Shown here piece by piece: positions 16,932 through 25,992 of a stretch of 35,322 bases of DNA; the first letter of the stretch is position 1, and each line of letters starts with the position of its first letter. This stretch comes from an uncultured Bacilli bacterium (GTDB lineage Bacteria > Bacillota_I > Bacilli_A > RF39 > UBA660): positions 1-35,322 of the forward strand of contig CANQNZ010000001.1 in NCBI GenBank assembly GCA_947625365.1, written 5' to 3'. Made by a program: the position numbers and the translations under genes. The notes below the pieces were generated by a model. That model ran no database searches and had not been told where the DNA came from. It saw only the letters and a list, made by a program, of their open reading frames with translations.

Positions 16932-19073
16932 ATGAAGATGACAAAAAAACAAAATATTATAATAAGTATTGTGTTTGTAGTTTTAGTAATTATTGGAACA
17001 GTAAGTATTTCGGTATTTTCACGTAATATTCGAGAATCTTATGCTTTAAATTTACGTATTAATAGTGTCAGAGTTGTTAATGGTTCAGATGTTATTAATA
17101 TTAGTGCTTCTAGTTCATCACCTATAGTTGGTTATTATGTTGGAACAGCAAATAACGTTAATAGTGCTACTTATTTTCCCGCTTTAAATAAAAATTCATA
17201 TAATATTAGTTTAATTAATGGCACCTACCATGTTTGGGTTAAAGATGGGACAGGAGCTATAGCCCAATATAATCAAACTATTACTATTTCTAATTCATGT
17301 TCAAGTGCTTATGTTTCTAATGCTAAAGGTAATGGTACTTCTCGTCATTGTTACTATACAGCCGATGGAAAATATTTAGAAGAAACTAAATCTGAACAAT
17401 TAGTAACATGTGCTAGTGGTTATAAAAGAGATGAAAGCAAAACAACAATTACTGAAGATACTTGTACGAGTCTTTCTCCTTCGACTATTGGGGCAATGGG
17501 ACTATCTAAAAAAGTTTGTACAAAAGTATGGACTTATGCGTGCGTTCCTACAGGTGGAGCATCTGGGGATGGGTTAAGTGTAGTTAGTGCTACAACTTCT
17601 AATGAATGGACAAATGGTAATAAGGAAATTGTTGTTACTAGTAAAAAAGGTTCTAGTGAAATAGCAGGATATTATATTTCTACCAATTCTAATAAACCTG
17701 ATGGTGGAGCAAGTTGGAACGGTTCAAATTCTACGACTTGGACTACTTCACAAGGAGCAGGAACCTATTATATATGGGTTAAAGATGCCCAAGGTAATAT
17801 CAGCAGTAATTATAAATCAGTTACCGTATCTAAAATTGAAACTACTGCTCCTCATATTGACTCTGTAATTCCTTCATCAGTTAATAAAAATTTAACTATT
17901 AATGCTTCCGATGAAGGGGGAAGTGGGGTAGCAGGCTATTATATTAGTACAGAAAATGCGGCGCCAACTCTTTCTTCTGATTGGAATAATACAAATGAAA
18001 CATCTTATACAATTGATAAACCGGCGGGAACCTATTATATATGGGTTAAAGATGCTGCGGGAAATATTAGTACTAGTAAAACAGCAAATATTGCCGAATC
18101 GTCTACTACCGATAATAACTTGTTAGCATCCCTTAGTATTAAAAATATGGAAATATCTCCAGCTTTTGATGCTAATGTGACCGAATATACTGCAAATGCT
18201 AGTGTATCTAAAGCTGTTATAGATGCTACTTTACAAGATAGTAATGCTTCATTTGTTAAAAAATATGGTCCAAGAACTGTGAATTTAAAAAGTGGCGTTA
18301 ATAATATCGTTATTAAGGTTAAAAGTGCTTTAGGCAATGTTAAGGAATATACAATAAAAGTTACATATAATGGTAAAGCTTCTAATAGAGCTAGTGCTCG
18401 CTTAAAGTCTTTATCTTTAAATAGTGGTAATTTAACATTTGATCCTGATATAACGGAATATAGAATGTATGTTCCTCGCAGTTTGGAAAAATTAGAAGTA
18501 GAGGCAGTAGCCGAAGATAGCAATGCTGAGGTTAAAATAGAAAATCCCGAAAGCTTGCAAATAGGTGATAATAAAGTAACAATTACTGTTACAGGAACAG
18601 ATGGTACTTCTACAATATATACTTTAAATATTATTAGAAAAGAAACAGACCAAGTTTCTACTAATAACTATTTAAAAGAGTTAATCATAACAGGATATGA
18701 TATTAAATTTGATAAAGATGTTTTAGAATACGCCATTGCTTTAGGTAATAGAACTTATTTAAATGTTAATGCCTATGCGGAAGATAGTAATGCGGAAGTA
18801 ACAATTGATAATACTAAATATTTAACTAAAGATAGTGTTGTTCATGTTATGGTAAGAGCCGAAGATGGTAGTGCTAGAATTTATTCTATCGCCTTAAATA
18901 AAAGCAGGATAACGGTATGGCAAATAATATTAATTATTATTGGTTCAATTATCTTATTATTAGTAATTGCATACTTTGTCTTAAAACTTATGGGATATAC
19001 TGTTTATATTAACTTTGGCGTTATTAAAGATTTCTTCTTAAACTTATTTAGAAGAAATAAAGATGATGATTAG
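16932..19073 (+). CDS. Cell-surface protein with three Ig-like repeats and three cadherin-like beta-sandwich repeats; TM segments at both N and C termini
   Basis: AAGGAG lies 9 nt before the ATG at 16932. N-terminal TM segment IIISIVFVVLVIIGTVSISVF. Repeat motifs GTYHVWVKDGTGAI, GTYYIWVKDAQGNIS and GTYYIWVKDAAGNIS. Three units of the type L.SLS.....ISPAFD..V.EY...V match the cadherin-like beta-sandwich pattern. C-terminal TM segment WQIILIIIGSIILLLVIAYFVL. Confidence 0.75.
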   Translation: MKMTKKQNIIISIVFVVLVIIGTVSISVFSRNIRESYALNLRINSVRVVNGSDVINISASSSSPIVGYYVGTANNVNSATYFPALNKNSYNISLINGTYHVWVKDGTGAIAQYNQTITISNSCSSAYVSNAKGNGTSRHCYYTADGKYLEETKSEQLVTCASGYKRDESKTTITEDTCTSLSPSTIGAMGLSKKVCTKVWTYACVPTGGASGDGLSVVSATTSNEWTNGNKEIVVTSKKGSSEIAGYYISTNSNKPDGGASWNGSNSTTWTTSQGAGTYYIWVKDAQGNISSNYKSVTVSKIETTAPHIDSVIPSSVNKNLTINASDEGGSGVAGYYISTENAAPTLSSDWNNTNETSYTIDKPAGTYYIWVKDAAGNISTSKTANIAESSTTDNNLLASLSIKNMEISPAFDANVTEYTANASVSKAVIDATLQDSNASFVKKYGPRTVNLKSGVNNIVIKVKSALGNVKEYTIKVTYNGKASNRASARLKSLSLNSGNLTFDPDITEYRMYVPRSLEKLEVEAVAEDSNAEVKIENPESLQIGDNKVTITVTGTDGTSTIYTLNIIRKETDQVSTNNYLKELIITGYDIKFDKDVLEYAIALGNRTYLNVNAYAEDSNAEVTIDNTKYLTKDSVVHVMVRAEDGSARIYSIALNKSRITVWQIILIIIGSIILLLVIAYFVLKLMGYTVYINFGVIKDFFLNLFRRNKDDD

Positions 19074-19075
19074 TT

Positions 19076-19098
19076 AAGAGTTCTAAATGAACTCTTTT
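19076..19098 (+). terminator. Rho-independent terminator of the surface-protein gene
   Basis: AAGAGTTC-taaat-GAACTCTT forms an 8-bp stem that runs into TTTT. Confidence 0.7.
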
Positions 19099-19108
19099 CA
19101 TATGGAAA

Positions 19109-19130
19109 TAAAAAAACCGTATTAACGGTT
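19109..19130 (-). terminator. Rho-independent terminator of the minus-strand secreted-protein gene
   Basis: On the minus strand, AACCGT-taat-ACGGTT is followed by TTTTTTT. The stem overlaps the stop codon. Confidence 0.65.
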
Positions 19131-20637
19131 AAAGTGATTTTTTTAAATATATTTCTAAATTAATAAAACCTATTAAAGATAATAATTGCAGAATAGTGTA
19201 TGTAATTACACGGTCAGAAGTTTGAGGATTTGCTACATCTTGAGAAACATTATTTTGGGTATTATTTGGTTCAGAAATAGTTGTTTCTGGGTCTGGTGGG
19301 GTTTCTGTATCCTCCGTTTTTTCTGGTTGAGTACTGCTTGAATATGGTAGTTTTTCAAATGAAATTTCAATGCTTGTATCTTGGGTTATATGTTCTAATA
19401 TTAACGTGCCTTCTATAACTTCACTAGTTTTATCTTCTCCATTAACAATTATTGATTGAATTTTATAACCATAATTGGGATATATTTTAATGATTATATC
19501 TTCACCATGTTTTATTTGAGAGGAATTAGAGTTCACTGTACCACCAGGACCTACATTAATATCTATATTATATAATATTGGTTTAATATCAATGCCTTCA
19601 GTGCCTTCAATATTTGTTGCTGATTCTATTGTACCACTACTTGTATTGTCAATACGACCTTCTTTGTTATCAATAGTACCAGTATTTTTTATAGAGCCAT
19701 TATTAGTTATTGTTCCTTTATTAGTAACAGTTACTCCTTCCGGAATAGTCAAACTAGCACCATCTTCAACAGTTAAACTGCCTGTTATTTCCAAATCTTG
19801 ATTAAGAGTAGCATTACCTTTAACAATTCCATTTCCATGTTCATCAAAAATAATACCATTAAATCCTTCAGCATTTAAATTTCTCATATCACTTTCGGTA
19901 TAGACTATGGCATTACCATTACCTTCTAAAACGACTTGACTTTGCTCTTCGGAATCGGTTATTGCATAACCTAAAACATCTGTATGAATATTACCGCCAT
20001 TTAATGTAATTGTACCTTCGGGAGTATAAACTGGTGGTTCATGCTCCTTACTACAATAACCATTACCTATTCCTGAACTATATTTTCCATCATAACTTGT
20101 ATAAATATTACCACCGTTAATTACAATATTACCAAAAGGATAATTATATATACTACCGATTACAGCTCCCAAACATACTGAGCCAGAATTATCAACCGAA
20201 GCAAATAAAGAGCCATCGCCATTAATTTCTAAGGAAGTATTTTTAGGAACTTTAATAGTTGAAGATTCTTGTCCAGCTTTTAAAGTATTTTCGCCAATTA
20301 GGTTAAGAATAACACTACTACCATCTTGTAAATCAATGGTATTCTTCCAACCGCCTTCAGTTGTATCCGCTTTATAATTATTTAATGTTATTGTTACATT
20401 AGCATTTTCATTAATAATAATTCGGTATTTTTGAGCATCTCCTCTTAATTCTACATTCGCATTATTTGATAAAATTATTTTATTATCCTCATAGCTAATT
20501 TCATAATTAGTTCCTTTAATTAAGGCATCGGTACCAGTAATGTTGTTAAAATCATTTTCATCAGCTTTAACATTTATAATTGGAATTAGCAGCATTATGA
20601 AGGTTAGTAAAAAGAAATTTTTCCCTATTTTTTTCAT
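19129..20637 (-). CDS. Secreted, C-terminally anchored surface protein (beta-helix-like repeats plus one InlB-B-repeat-like module)
   Basis: Signal peptide MKKIGKNFFLLTFIMLLIPIINVKA. Repeated N/G/T-rich beta-strand periodicity. The module GPGGTVNSNSSQIKHGEDIIIKIYPNYGYKIQSIIVNGEDKT resembles a bacterial Ig/B-repeat. Pro/Thr/Glu linker followed by a C-terminal hydrophobic anchor. Confidence 0.6.
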   Translation of the reverse strand: MKKIGKNFFLLTFIMLLIPIINVKADENDFNNITGTDALIKGTNYEISYEDNKIILSNNANVELRGDAQKYRIIINENANVTITLNNYKADTTEGGWKNTIDLQDGSSVILNLIGENTLKAGQESSTIKVPKNTSLEINGDGSLFASVDNSGSVCLGAVIGSIYNYPFGNIVINGGNIYTSYDGKYSSGIGNGYCSKEHEPPVYTPEGTITLNGGNIHTDVLGYAITDSEEQSQVVLEGNGNAIVYTESDMRNLNAEGFNGIIFDEHGNGIVKGNATLNQDLEITGSLTVEDGASLTIPEGVTVTNKGTITNNGSIKNTGTIDNKEGRIDNTSSGTIESATNIEGTEGIDIKPILYNIDINVGPGGTVNSNSSQIKHGEDIIIKIYPNYGYKIQSIIVNGEDKTSEVIEGTLILEHITQDTSIEISFEKLPYSSSTQPEKTEDTETPPDPETTISEPNNTQNNVSQDVANPQTSDRVITYTILQLLSLIGFINLEIYLKKSL

Positions 20638-20717
20638 TAATTACTTACTCCTTTTCAATTTATTTATTATATTAATTTAAAGAATAGAAAATGTCAATTA
20701 TATAATAAATCTTTTAT

Positions 20718-20746
20718 TTGACATAAACTGTAAATTTAAATATAAT
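20718..20746 (+). promoter_or_regulatory. Sigma-A type promoter for the ABC transporter gene
   Basis: Consensus TTGACA (20718-20723), a 17-nt spacer, then TATAAT (20741-20746). Confidence 0.65.
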
Positions 20747-20823
20747 AAAAACGTAATTTTTAATGAAATTATGTAAATATTTAGCTATAGCGAATATTTT
20801 ATAATAGAAGGAGTATGGCATTT

Positions 20824-23265
20824 ATGTTAAGATTAGAGAATATTCAGAAAAGCTATAAAGTAGGAAACAATAAACAACATGTTTTAAAAGGCATAAGTAT
20901 TGATTTTCGTGATAATGAATTTGTTTCTATTTTAGGGCAAAGTGGTAGTGGTAAAACAACACTTTTAAATATCATAGGTGGTTTGGACCATTACGATAGT
21001 GGAAACTTAGTAATAGAAGGGGTTTCAACTAAACAATATAAAGATAAAGATTGGGATAGTTATCGTAATCATCGAGTTGGTTTTATCTTTCAAAGTTATA
21101 ACTTAATTTCCCATCAAACAATTTTGGCTAACGTGGAGCTGGCTTTAACTTTATCAGGTATTCCTAAAAAAGAAAGAAGAGAAAAAGCCATTGAGGCTTT
21201 AACTAAAGTAGGTTTAAAAGAACATATTAATAAAAGACCTAATCAACTTTCTGGTGGGCAAATGCAAAGAGTTTCTATTGCTCGTGCACTAGTAAATAAT
21301 CCAGATATTATTTTAGCCGATGAACCAACTGGTGCTTTAGATTCTCATACAAGTGTTCAAATTATGAATATCTTAAAAGAAATTGCTGAAGATAAATTAG
21401 TTATTATGGTTACGCATAACCCAGAACTTGCTCATGAGTATTCAACGCGAATAATTGAATTAAAAGATGGAAAAATTTTAGATGATTCAAGTCCTTATAA
21501 TGAAAAAGAGGAAAAGAAAAAAAGTATAGAAGGGGATAAAACTCCAAAAACTTCTATGTCATTTTTAGCTTCATTAAGTTTATCATTTAATAACTTGATG
21601 ACAAAAAAAGGTAGAACCTTCTTAACAGCATTTGCGGGAAGTATGGGTATTATTGGTATTGCTTTAATCTTAGCTTTATCAAATGGTGTATCAGGATTTG
21701 TTTCTTACCGTGAAAAAGAATCTTTACAAAATTTCCCTTTAACAGTAGAAGAAGAAGCTTTCAATGTTTCTACATATTTAACAGATGGATTATTTGGTAA
21801 AGATGATGATAAATGTCCCGATAATAAATTATGTTCTAAAGACGATATAAATAGTGAAGTACAATCTCTTACTAATGATATTGTTAAACAAAATAATATG
21901 GAAGAATTTAAAAAATATGTTGATGAAACTAAAGGATTTAAAGAATATGCTTCCCAAATTCAATATTCATATAATTTAGATTTACAAATTTATTCAACGA
22001 AAAATGATAACTATGTCAGAGTAAATCCTAATAGTTTTAATCTTTTAACTATTGCAAATGTTAAGGATACATCTGGAGAGCTTGCTGGATATATTGATAC
22101 GGAACCACAACCAATATTTACCGAATTATTAGAAAGTGATGATAATGATGATAGTAAATATGAGGTATTAGCGGGACATTATCCTAAAAATTATAATGAA
22201 CTTGTTTTAATTGTTGATGAAAATGGTGTTATTCCAGACTCTGTTTTATACGGTTTAGATATTAAAGACCGTAATCAAATAAATGAAGTATTAGGAAAAG
22301 ATAAAAAAATAAAAGCTACTAAATATAATTATGATGATATTTTAAATACTTCATATAAATTAGTGTTAAATACTGATTATTATAAAAAAGTAGGAGGAGT
22401 ATATCGCGATTACTCTAGTGATAATAATTATATGAAAAACATCATTGATAATGGTGTTGATATGACAATCGTTGGTATTGTTAAAGTAAAAGGCTCTGCT
22501 GACCAAGAAAATTTAGTTGGTTACAAACATTCGTTAGTTGATTATGTCATTGAAAATGTTGCTAAAACTGATATTTATAGAGAGCAAACAGAAAATAAAG
22601 ATATAAATGTTTTAACAGGCTTACCTTTTGATAATGAAACTAATAATTATGAAAGTGTTTGTAAAACTCTTGGAATAGTTGATGTTAATAAACCAAATAA
22701 AATTAGTTTTTATCCAAAAGATTTTGAATCAAAAGATAAAATTGTAGAGTTGATGGATAAATATAATAAAAAACAAGAAAAAGCTGGACATAAAGAAAAT
22801 GTTATTTCTTATACTGACTTATTAAAAACTTTAATTAGTAGTATTACTTCTGTAGTTAATATTATTACTTATGTCTTAATTGCTTTTGTTGCCATTAGTT
22901 TAATTGTATCAAGTATTATGATAGCTATAATTACGCATATAAGTGTTCTAGAAAGAACTAAAGAAATCGGTATTTTAAGAGCTATTGGTGCTAGTAAGAA
23001 AGACGTTAAACGAGTATTTAGAGCCGAAACTATAATCGAAGGTTTTGTGGCAGGTGTAATGGGCGTAATAATGTGTATATTAGTATCATTTGTAATTAAT
23101 AAAGTAGTAGCTCACTTTATGAGCTATGATAATATTGCTCATTTACCATTATTAAGTGCTGTACTACTAATTGCTTTAAGTACTTTACTTACTGTTTTGG
23201 CTGGACGAAGACCATCTAAGATGGCAAGTAAAAAAGACCCAGTAGAAGCATTAAGAACAGAATAA
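20824..23265 (+). CDS. Fused ABC transporter ATP-binding/permease protein, MacB/FtsX type
   Basis: Walker [10 protein letters not shown], signature LSGGQMQR, Walker [14 protein letters not shown] large extracytoplasmic domain lies between TM1 and the C-terminal FtsX-like helices. The ATG at 20824 lies 10 nt after GAAGGAG, whereas the ATG at 20815 abuts the Shine-Dalgarno sequence. Confidence 0.9.
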   Translation: MLRLENIQKSYKVGNNKQHVLKGISIDFRDNEFVSILGQSGSGKTTLLNIIGGLDHYDSGNLVIEGVSTKQYKDKDWDSYRNHRVGFIFQSYNLISHQTILANVELALTLSGIPKKERREKAIEALTKVGLKEHINKRPNQLSGGQMQRVSIARALVNNPDIILADEPTGALDSHTSVQIMNILKEIAEDKLVIMVTHNPELAHEYSTRIIELKDGKILDDSSPYNEKEEKKKSIEGDKTPKTSMSFLASLSLSFNNLMTKKGRTFLTAFAGSMGIIGIALILALSNGVSGFVSYREKESLQNFPLTVEEEAFNVSTYLTDGLFGKDDDKCPDNKLCSKDDINSEVQSLTNDIVKQNNMEEFKKYVDETKGFKEYASQIQYSYNLDLQIYSTKNDNYVRVNPNSFNLLTIANVKDTSGELAGYIDTEPQPIFTELLESDDNDDSKYEVLAGHYPKNYNELVLIVDENGVIPDSVLYGLDIKDRNQINEVLGKDKKIKATKYNYDDILNTSYKLVLNTDYYKKVGGVYRDYSSDNNYMKNIIDNGVDMTIVGIVKVKGSADQENLVGYKHSLVDYVIENVAKTDIYREQTENKDINVLTGLPFDNETNNYESVCKTLGIVDVNKPNKISFYPKDFESKDKIVELMDKYNKKQEKAGHKENVISYTDLLKTLISSITSVVNIITYVLIAFVAISLIVSSIMIAIITHISVLERTKEIGILRAIGASKKDVKRVFRAETIIEGFVAGVMGVIMCILVSFVINKVVAHFMSYDNIAHLPLLSAVLLIALSTLLTVLAGRRPSKMASKKDPVEALRTE

Positions 23266-23272
23266 TAATTAG

Positions 23273-23306
23273 AAAGTAAACTAAAAAAATAGGTTTACTT
23301 TTTTTG
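23273..23306 (+). terminator. Rho-independent terminator of the ABC transporter gene
   Basis: AAAGTAAAC-loop-GTTTACTTT stem followed by a T-run. Confidence 0.7.
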
Positions 23307-23366
23307 TTATTGACTTTTGATGTGCTTAATGATTAAATAAATAGTAATTTGAAAGGATTAGTTAAA

Positions 23367-24170
23367 ATGTTAATATATAATGAAGGTCAAACTTTAGATA
23401 CTAAAGAAATGAAATTATTAGGTGGAAATGGCGAAGGCATATTTTATGCCGGGGAAAGTGTAATAAAAGTTTACGATGATGCTCCTAAAAAGAGGTTATT
23501 AGATGAAAATGATGTTAATTATTTAGCTAAAATAAAAACATTAAGAATATTACTTCCTAAAAATCCTATTTATGTTATGGAAAATGGCCAGAAAATATTT
23601 AAAGGGTACGCTCGTCATCAATATATTCAAAATTGTATACCTTTAAGTGCAATGTGGGAAACATTACCAGAAAAATTAGAAGAAGAAGGAAAATATATAG
23701 AAGAGGATGTGGAAATATTAACGGAAAATAATGTGAAATTACATGATTTAGCGGTTAGAGATAATCTTTTATATAATGGTAATCTATACTTTTGTGACCC
23801 AAGCACTTTTACAATAAATAGTGATACTAAAGTGACAAACAATAATAAGGAAGAATTAAAAGAGGCTTTACATTATCATTTGATTTTATTAGGAACAAAT
23901 CCCGAATATTTAGAAGAAGAGTTAGCAAAAATGACCGGGATAGATTATCAACTGTCAGAAGATTTTTATAACTTTTTATTAAATGTTTATGGTAGTGTTT
24001 ATGATATGATAAGTGACTATAGTTATTTTGAATATTTAAATGATATATTAGAGTATTATGGTTCAATTGAAAATTATAAATTAGAACTTTTAGAAAAAGC
24101 GATAGAGGATAGTCGATATTCTAGATATAGCTTTGAAGTTGAAACTTTAGAAAGAATATTACATCGTTAA
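23367..24170 (+). CDS. Protein-kinase-like fold protein (hypothetical); its 3' end is the duplicated attachment-like sequence
   Basis: GNGEGIFYAGESVIKVY resembles a Gly-loop plus VAIK-type Lys. KLHDLAVRDNLLYNGNLYFCDPS resembles an HxD....N catalytic loop followed by a DFG-equivalent Asp. The ATG at 23367 lies 10 nt after GAAAGGA. Confidence 0.4.
   Translation: MLIYNEGQTLDTKEMKLLGGNGEGIFYAGESVIKVYDDAPKKRLLDENDVNYLAKIKTLRILLPKNPIYVMENGQKIFKGYARHQYIQNCIPLSAMWETLPEKLEEEGKYIEEDVEILTENNVKLHDLAVRDNLLYNGNLYFCDPSTFTINSDTKVTNNNKEELKEALHYHLILLGTNPEYLEEELAKMTGIDYQLSEDFYNFLLNVYGSVYDMISDYSYFEYLNDILEYYGSIENYKLELLEKAIEDSRYSRYSFEVETLERILHR
24113..24170 (+). repeat. Direct repeat, left copy (attL-like), 58 bp, forming the last 19 codons plus stop of the kinase-like gene
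   Basis: tcgatattctagatatagctttgaagttgaaaCtttagaaagaatattacatcgttaa is identical to 26450-26507 except for C/T at 24145/26482. Confidence 0.9.
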
Positions 24171-24187
24171 TATTTTTTTTAATACAA

Positions 24188-24220
24188 AATGTTGATTTTT
24201 TCAACATTAATGCATATAAT
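24188..24220 (+). promoter_or_regulatory. Cassette promoter with an overlapping palindromic candidate operator
   Basis: TTGATT (24192-24197), a 17-nt spacer, then TATAAT (24215-24220). A perfect inverted repeat AATGTTGA-ttttt-TCAACATT (24188-24208) covers the -35 element. Confidence 0.6.
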
Positions 24221-24251
24221 ATAAATGACTTTATACGTTGAGGTGGTGTAT

Positions 24252-24593
24252 ATGAAAGAGTTAAATTATAAAAAAATAGGGGAACGGTTAAGAAAACTTA
24301 GAAAATATATGGGCTTAACTCAAAGACAAGTTGCTGAGATTTTGAATGTAGGTAGAGATGCAATTTTAAGAATTGAAAAAGGAGAACGCAAGATTGATTT
24401 GCAAGAATTAATGAGTTTTTCAAAATTGTATAATATAAGTATGGATGAATTAACAGCTGAAGAACATGCTATAAATAGTAGTAATGTTATTTTTGCTAGG
24501 GGATTTAATGAATTAAGTGAAAAGGATAAAAAAGAAATTATTAGTTTAATTGAGTATAAGAATATATTAAAGTCACAAAATAAGGATGACTAA
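24252..24593 (+). CDS. XRE-family helix-turn-helix transcriptional regulator
   Basis: IGERLRKLRKYMGLTQRQVAEILNVGRDAILRIEKGERKIDLQELMSFSKLYNISMDEL is a canonical HTH_3/Cro-C1 fold sequence. The ATG at 24252 follows GAGGTGG. Confidence 0.9.
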   Translation: MKELNYKKIGERLRKLRKYMGLTQRQVAEILNVGRDAILRIEKGERKIDLQELMSFSKLYNISMDELTAEEHAINSSNVIFARGFNELSEKDKKEIISLIEYKNILKSQNKDD

Positions 24594-24594
24594 T

Positions 24595-25992
24595 ATGACA
24601 CCAGAAGATTTAGCCAAAAGAGAATTAGATAAGCTAAAGAAAAGTGGCAAATTAACTTTTCCGATAGACCCCTTTAAAATCCTTCATAATGCTGGTGTAT
24701 ACGTTGTATTAAAAAGTTTTGAAAATTTAGATGGTATTATCATTAATGATGAAGATAACTGTACAATTGTAGGTATTAATTCAAACAGCGGATGGCAAAG
24801 ACAAAGATTTACTGCAGCACATGAGTATTGTCACTTTATAAAAGATTTGAATAAAGAAATTGGAATAACTGACTATATTGAGTGCTTAAAAAAATCAAAT
24901 AAAAAAATTGAAAAATATGCAAACGATTTTGCTGGCTATTTACTTATGCCTACTGACGAATTAAGGACCGTATGTGAACAATACAAAAATAAAAATGGTT
25001 TTATTGATTTTGAAAGCATTACAATTATAGCTGAATATTTTGGTGTTAGCTTTAATTCTTGTTTGAATAGAATTGCTTATGGCTTAAATTTAATAAATGG
25101 TGATATTTCTTATGCATCATTAAGACAAAGAATGAAGGAGTATGGAGTATCAGCAAAAAGACAAGAATTAATAGAAAATAAAATTGATAGCACGTTGCTA
25201 TCTAATGTTGTAAGTTCCATGAGTTTTGCTATGATGGATATTAATAAGTATACTGGTCAAAAGTTTTTGCAAAATTATATTTATAATGATAATAAACTTG
25301 AAGGGGTAGTAATTGATAGGAAACAACTTAATTACATACTTGCCGATTTAAATTTTAATGGCACTGATAGTCAATTTTTTGAAAATGATAGAGAAGAAAT
25401 AGTAATGACACTTGGTAATTTAGAATTACAACGATATGTAATTAACACCAAAGATAACATTTTATTTAGAAACTGTGGACAATTACATTCATTATTATTT
25501 AAATATGTTCCATATCCTGATGATAATGGTAAGTATAGGGATGAAACGGCATTATTAAAAAGAGGTACTATACAACCAGTTCCATATTATGAGATAAATG
25601 ATAGAATTAATGCTCTTGATGAAGAATTACAATTTTTTATGGAAAATATAGAACAATATGAAATAGGAGAGTATATAGAGCAAGTGGCATATTTCACATA
25701 TAAGTTTATTGTTATTCATCCATTTAGAGATGGCAATGGACGTATATCAAGAGCTATAATGAATTGGCTTTTAAGCAAGAAGAAAATCCCTCCAATTTAT
25801 ATTGAACAAAAATGTAGAAAAGAATATTATGATGCATTATCAAAAATAGATTTAGAAGAGAATCCGGTTCCATTTATTATGTTTATTGAAAAAAGAATAA
25901 TTCATACAATGATGGAATTGCATAAATATTTATTTGTCGATGAGATAGATGAAGAAGAAATAAATGAGGAGGCTGAAGTTAATGAAAATTAA
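24595..25992 (+). CDS. ImmA/IrrE-family zinc metallopeptidase fused to a C-terminal Fic (AMPylase) domain
   Basis: HEYCH (nt 24820-24834) together with EKYANDFAGYLLMP matches the COG2856/Peptidase_M78 pattern. HPFRDGNGRISR (nt 25717-25752) is a complete Fic motif HxFx(D/E)GNGRxxR. The start at 24595 lies 2 nt after the XRE stop and 8 nt after AAGGA; an alternative ATG at 24586 exists. Confidence 0.85.
   Translation: MTPEDLAKRELDKLKKSGKLTFPIDPFKILHNAGVYVVLKSFENLDGIIINDEDNCTIVGINSNSGWQRQRFTAAHEYCHFIKDLNKEIGITDYIECLKKSNKKIEKYANDFAGYLLMPTDELRTVCEQYKNKNGFIDFESITIIAEYFGVSFNSCLNRIAYGLNLINGDISYASLRQRMKEYGVSAKRQELIENKIDSTLLSNVVSSMSFAMMDINKYTGQKFLQNYIYNDNKLEGVVIDRKQLNYILADLNFNGTDSQFFENDREEIVMTLGNLELQRYVINTKDNILFRNCGQLHSLLFKYVPYPDDNGKYRDETALLKRGTIQPVPYYEINDRINALDEELQFFMENIEQYEIGEYIEQVAYFTYKFIVIHPFRDGNGRISRAIMNWLLSKKKIPPIYIEQKCRKEYYDALSKIDLEENPVPFIMFIEKRIIHTMMELHKYLFVDEIDEEEINEEAEVNEN

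Noticed and set aside
18035-19801. Antisense ORFs 18035-18523 and 19592-19801 within the surface-protein genes
   Set aside because: They are shadow ORFs opposite repeat-rich, motif-supported CDSs.
23627-24066. Antisense ORFs inside the kinase-like gene
   Set aside because: They are embedded, lack ribosome-binding sites and have low-complexity products.
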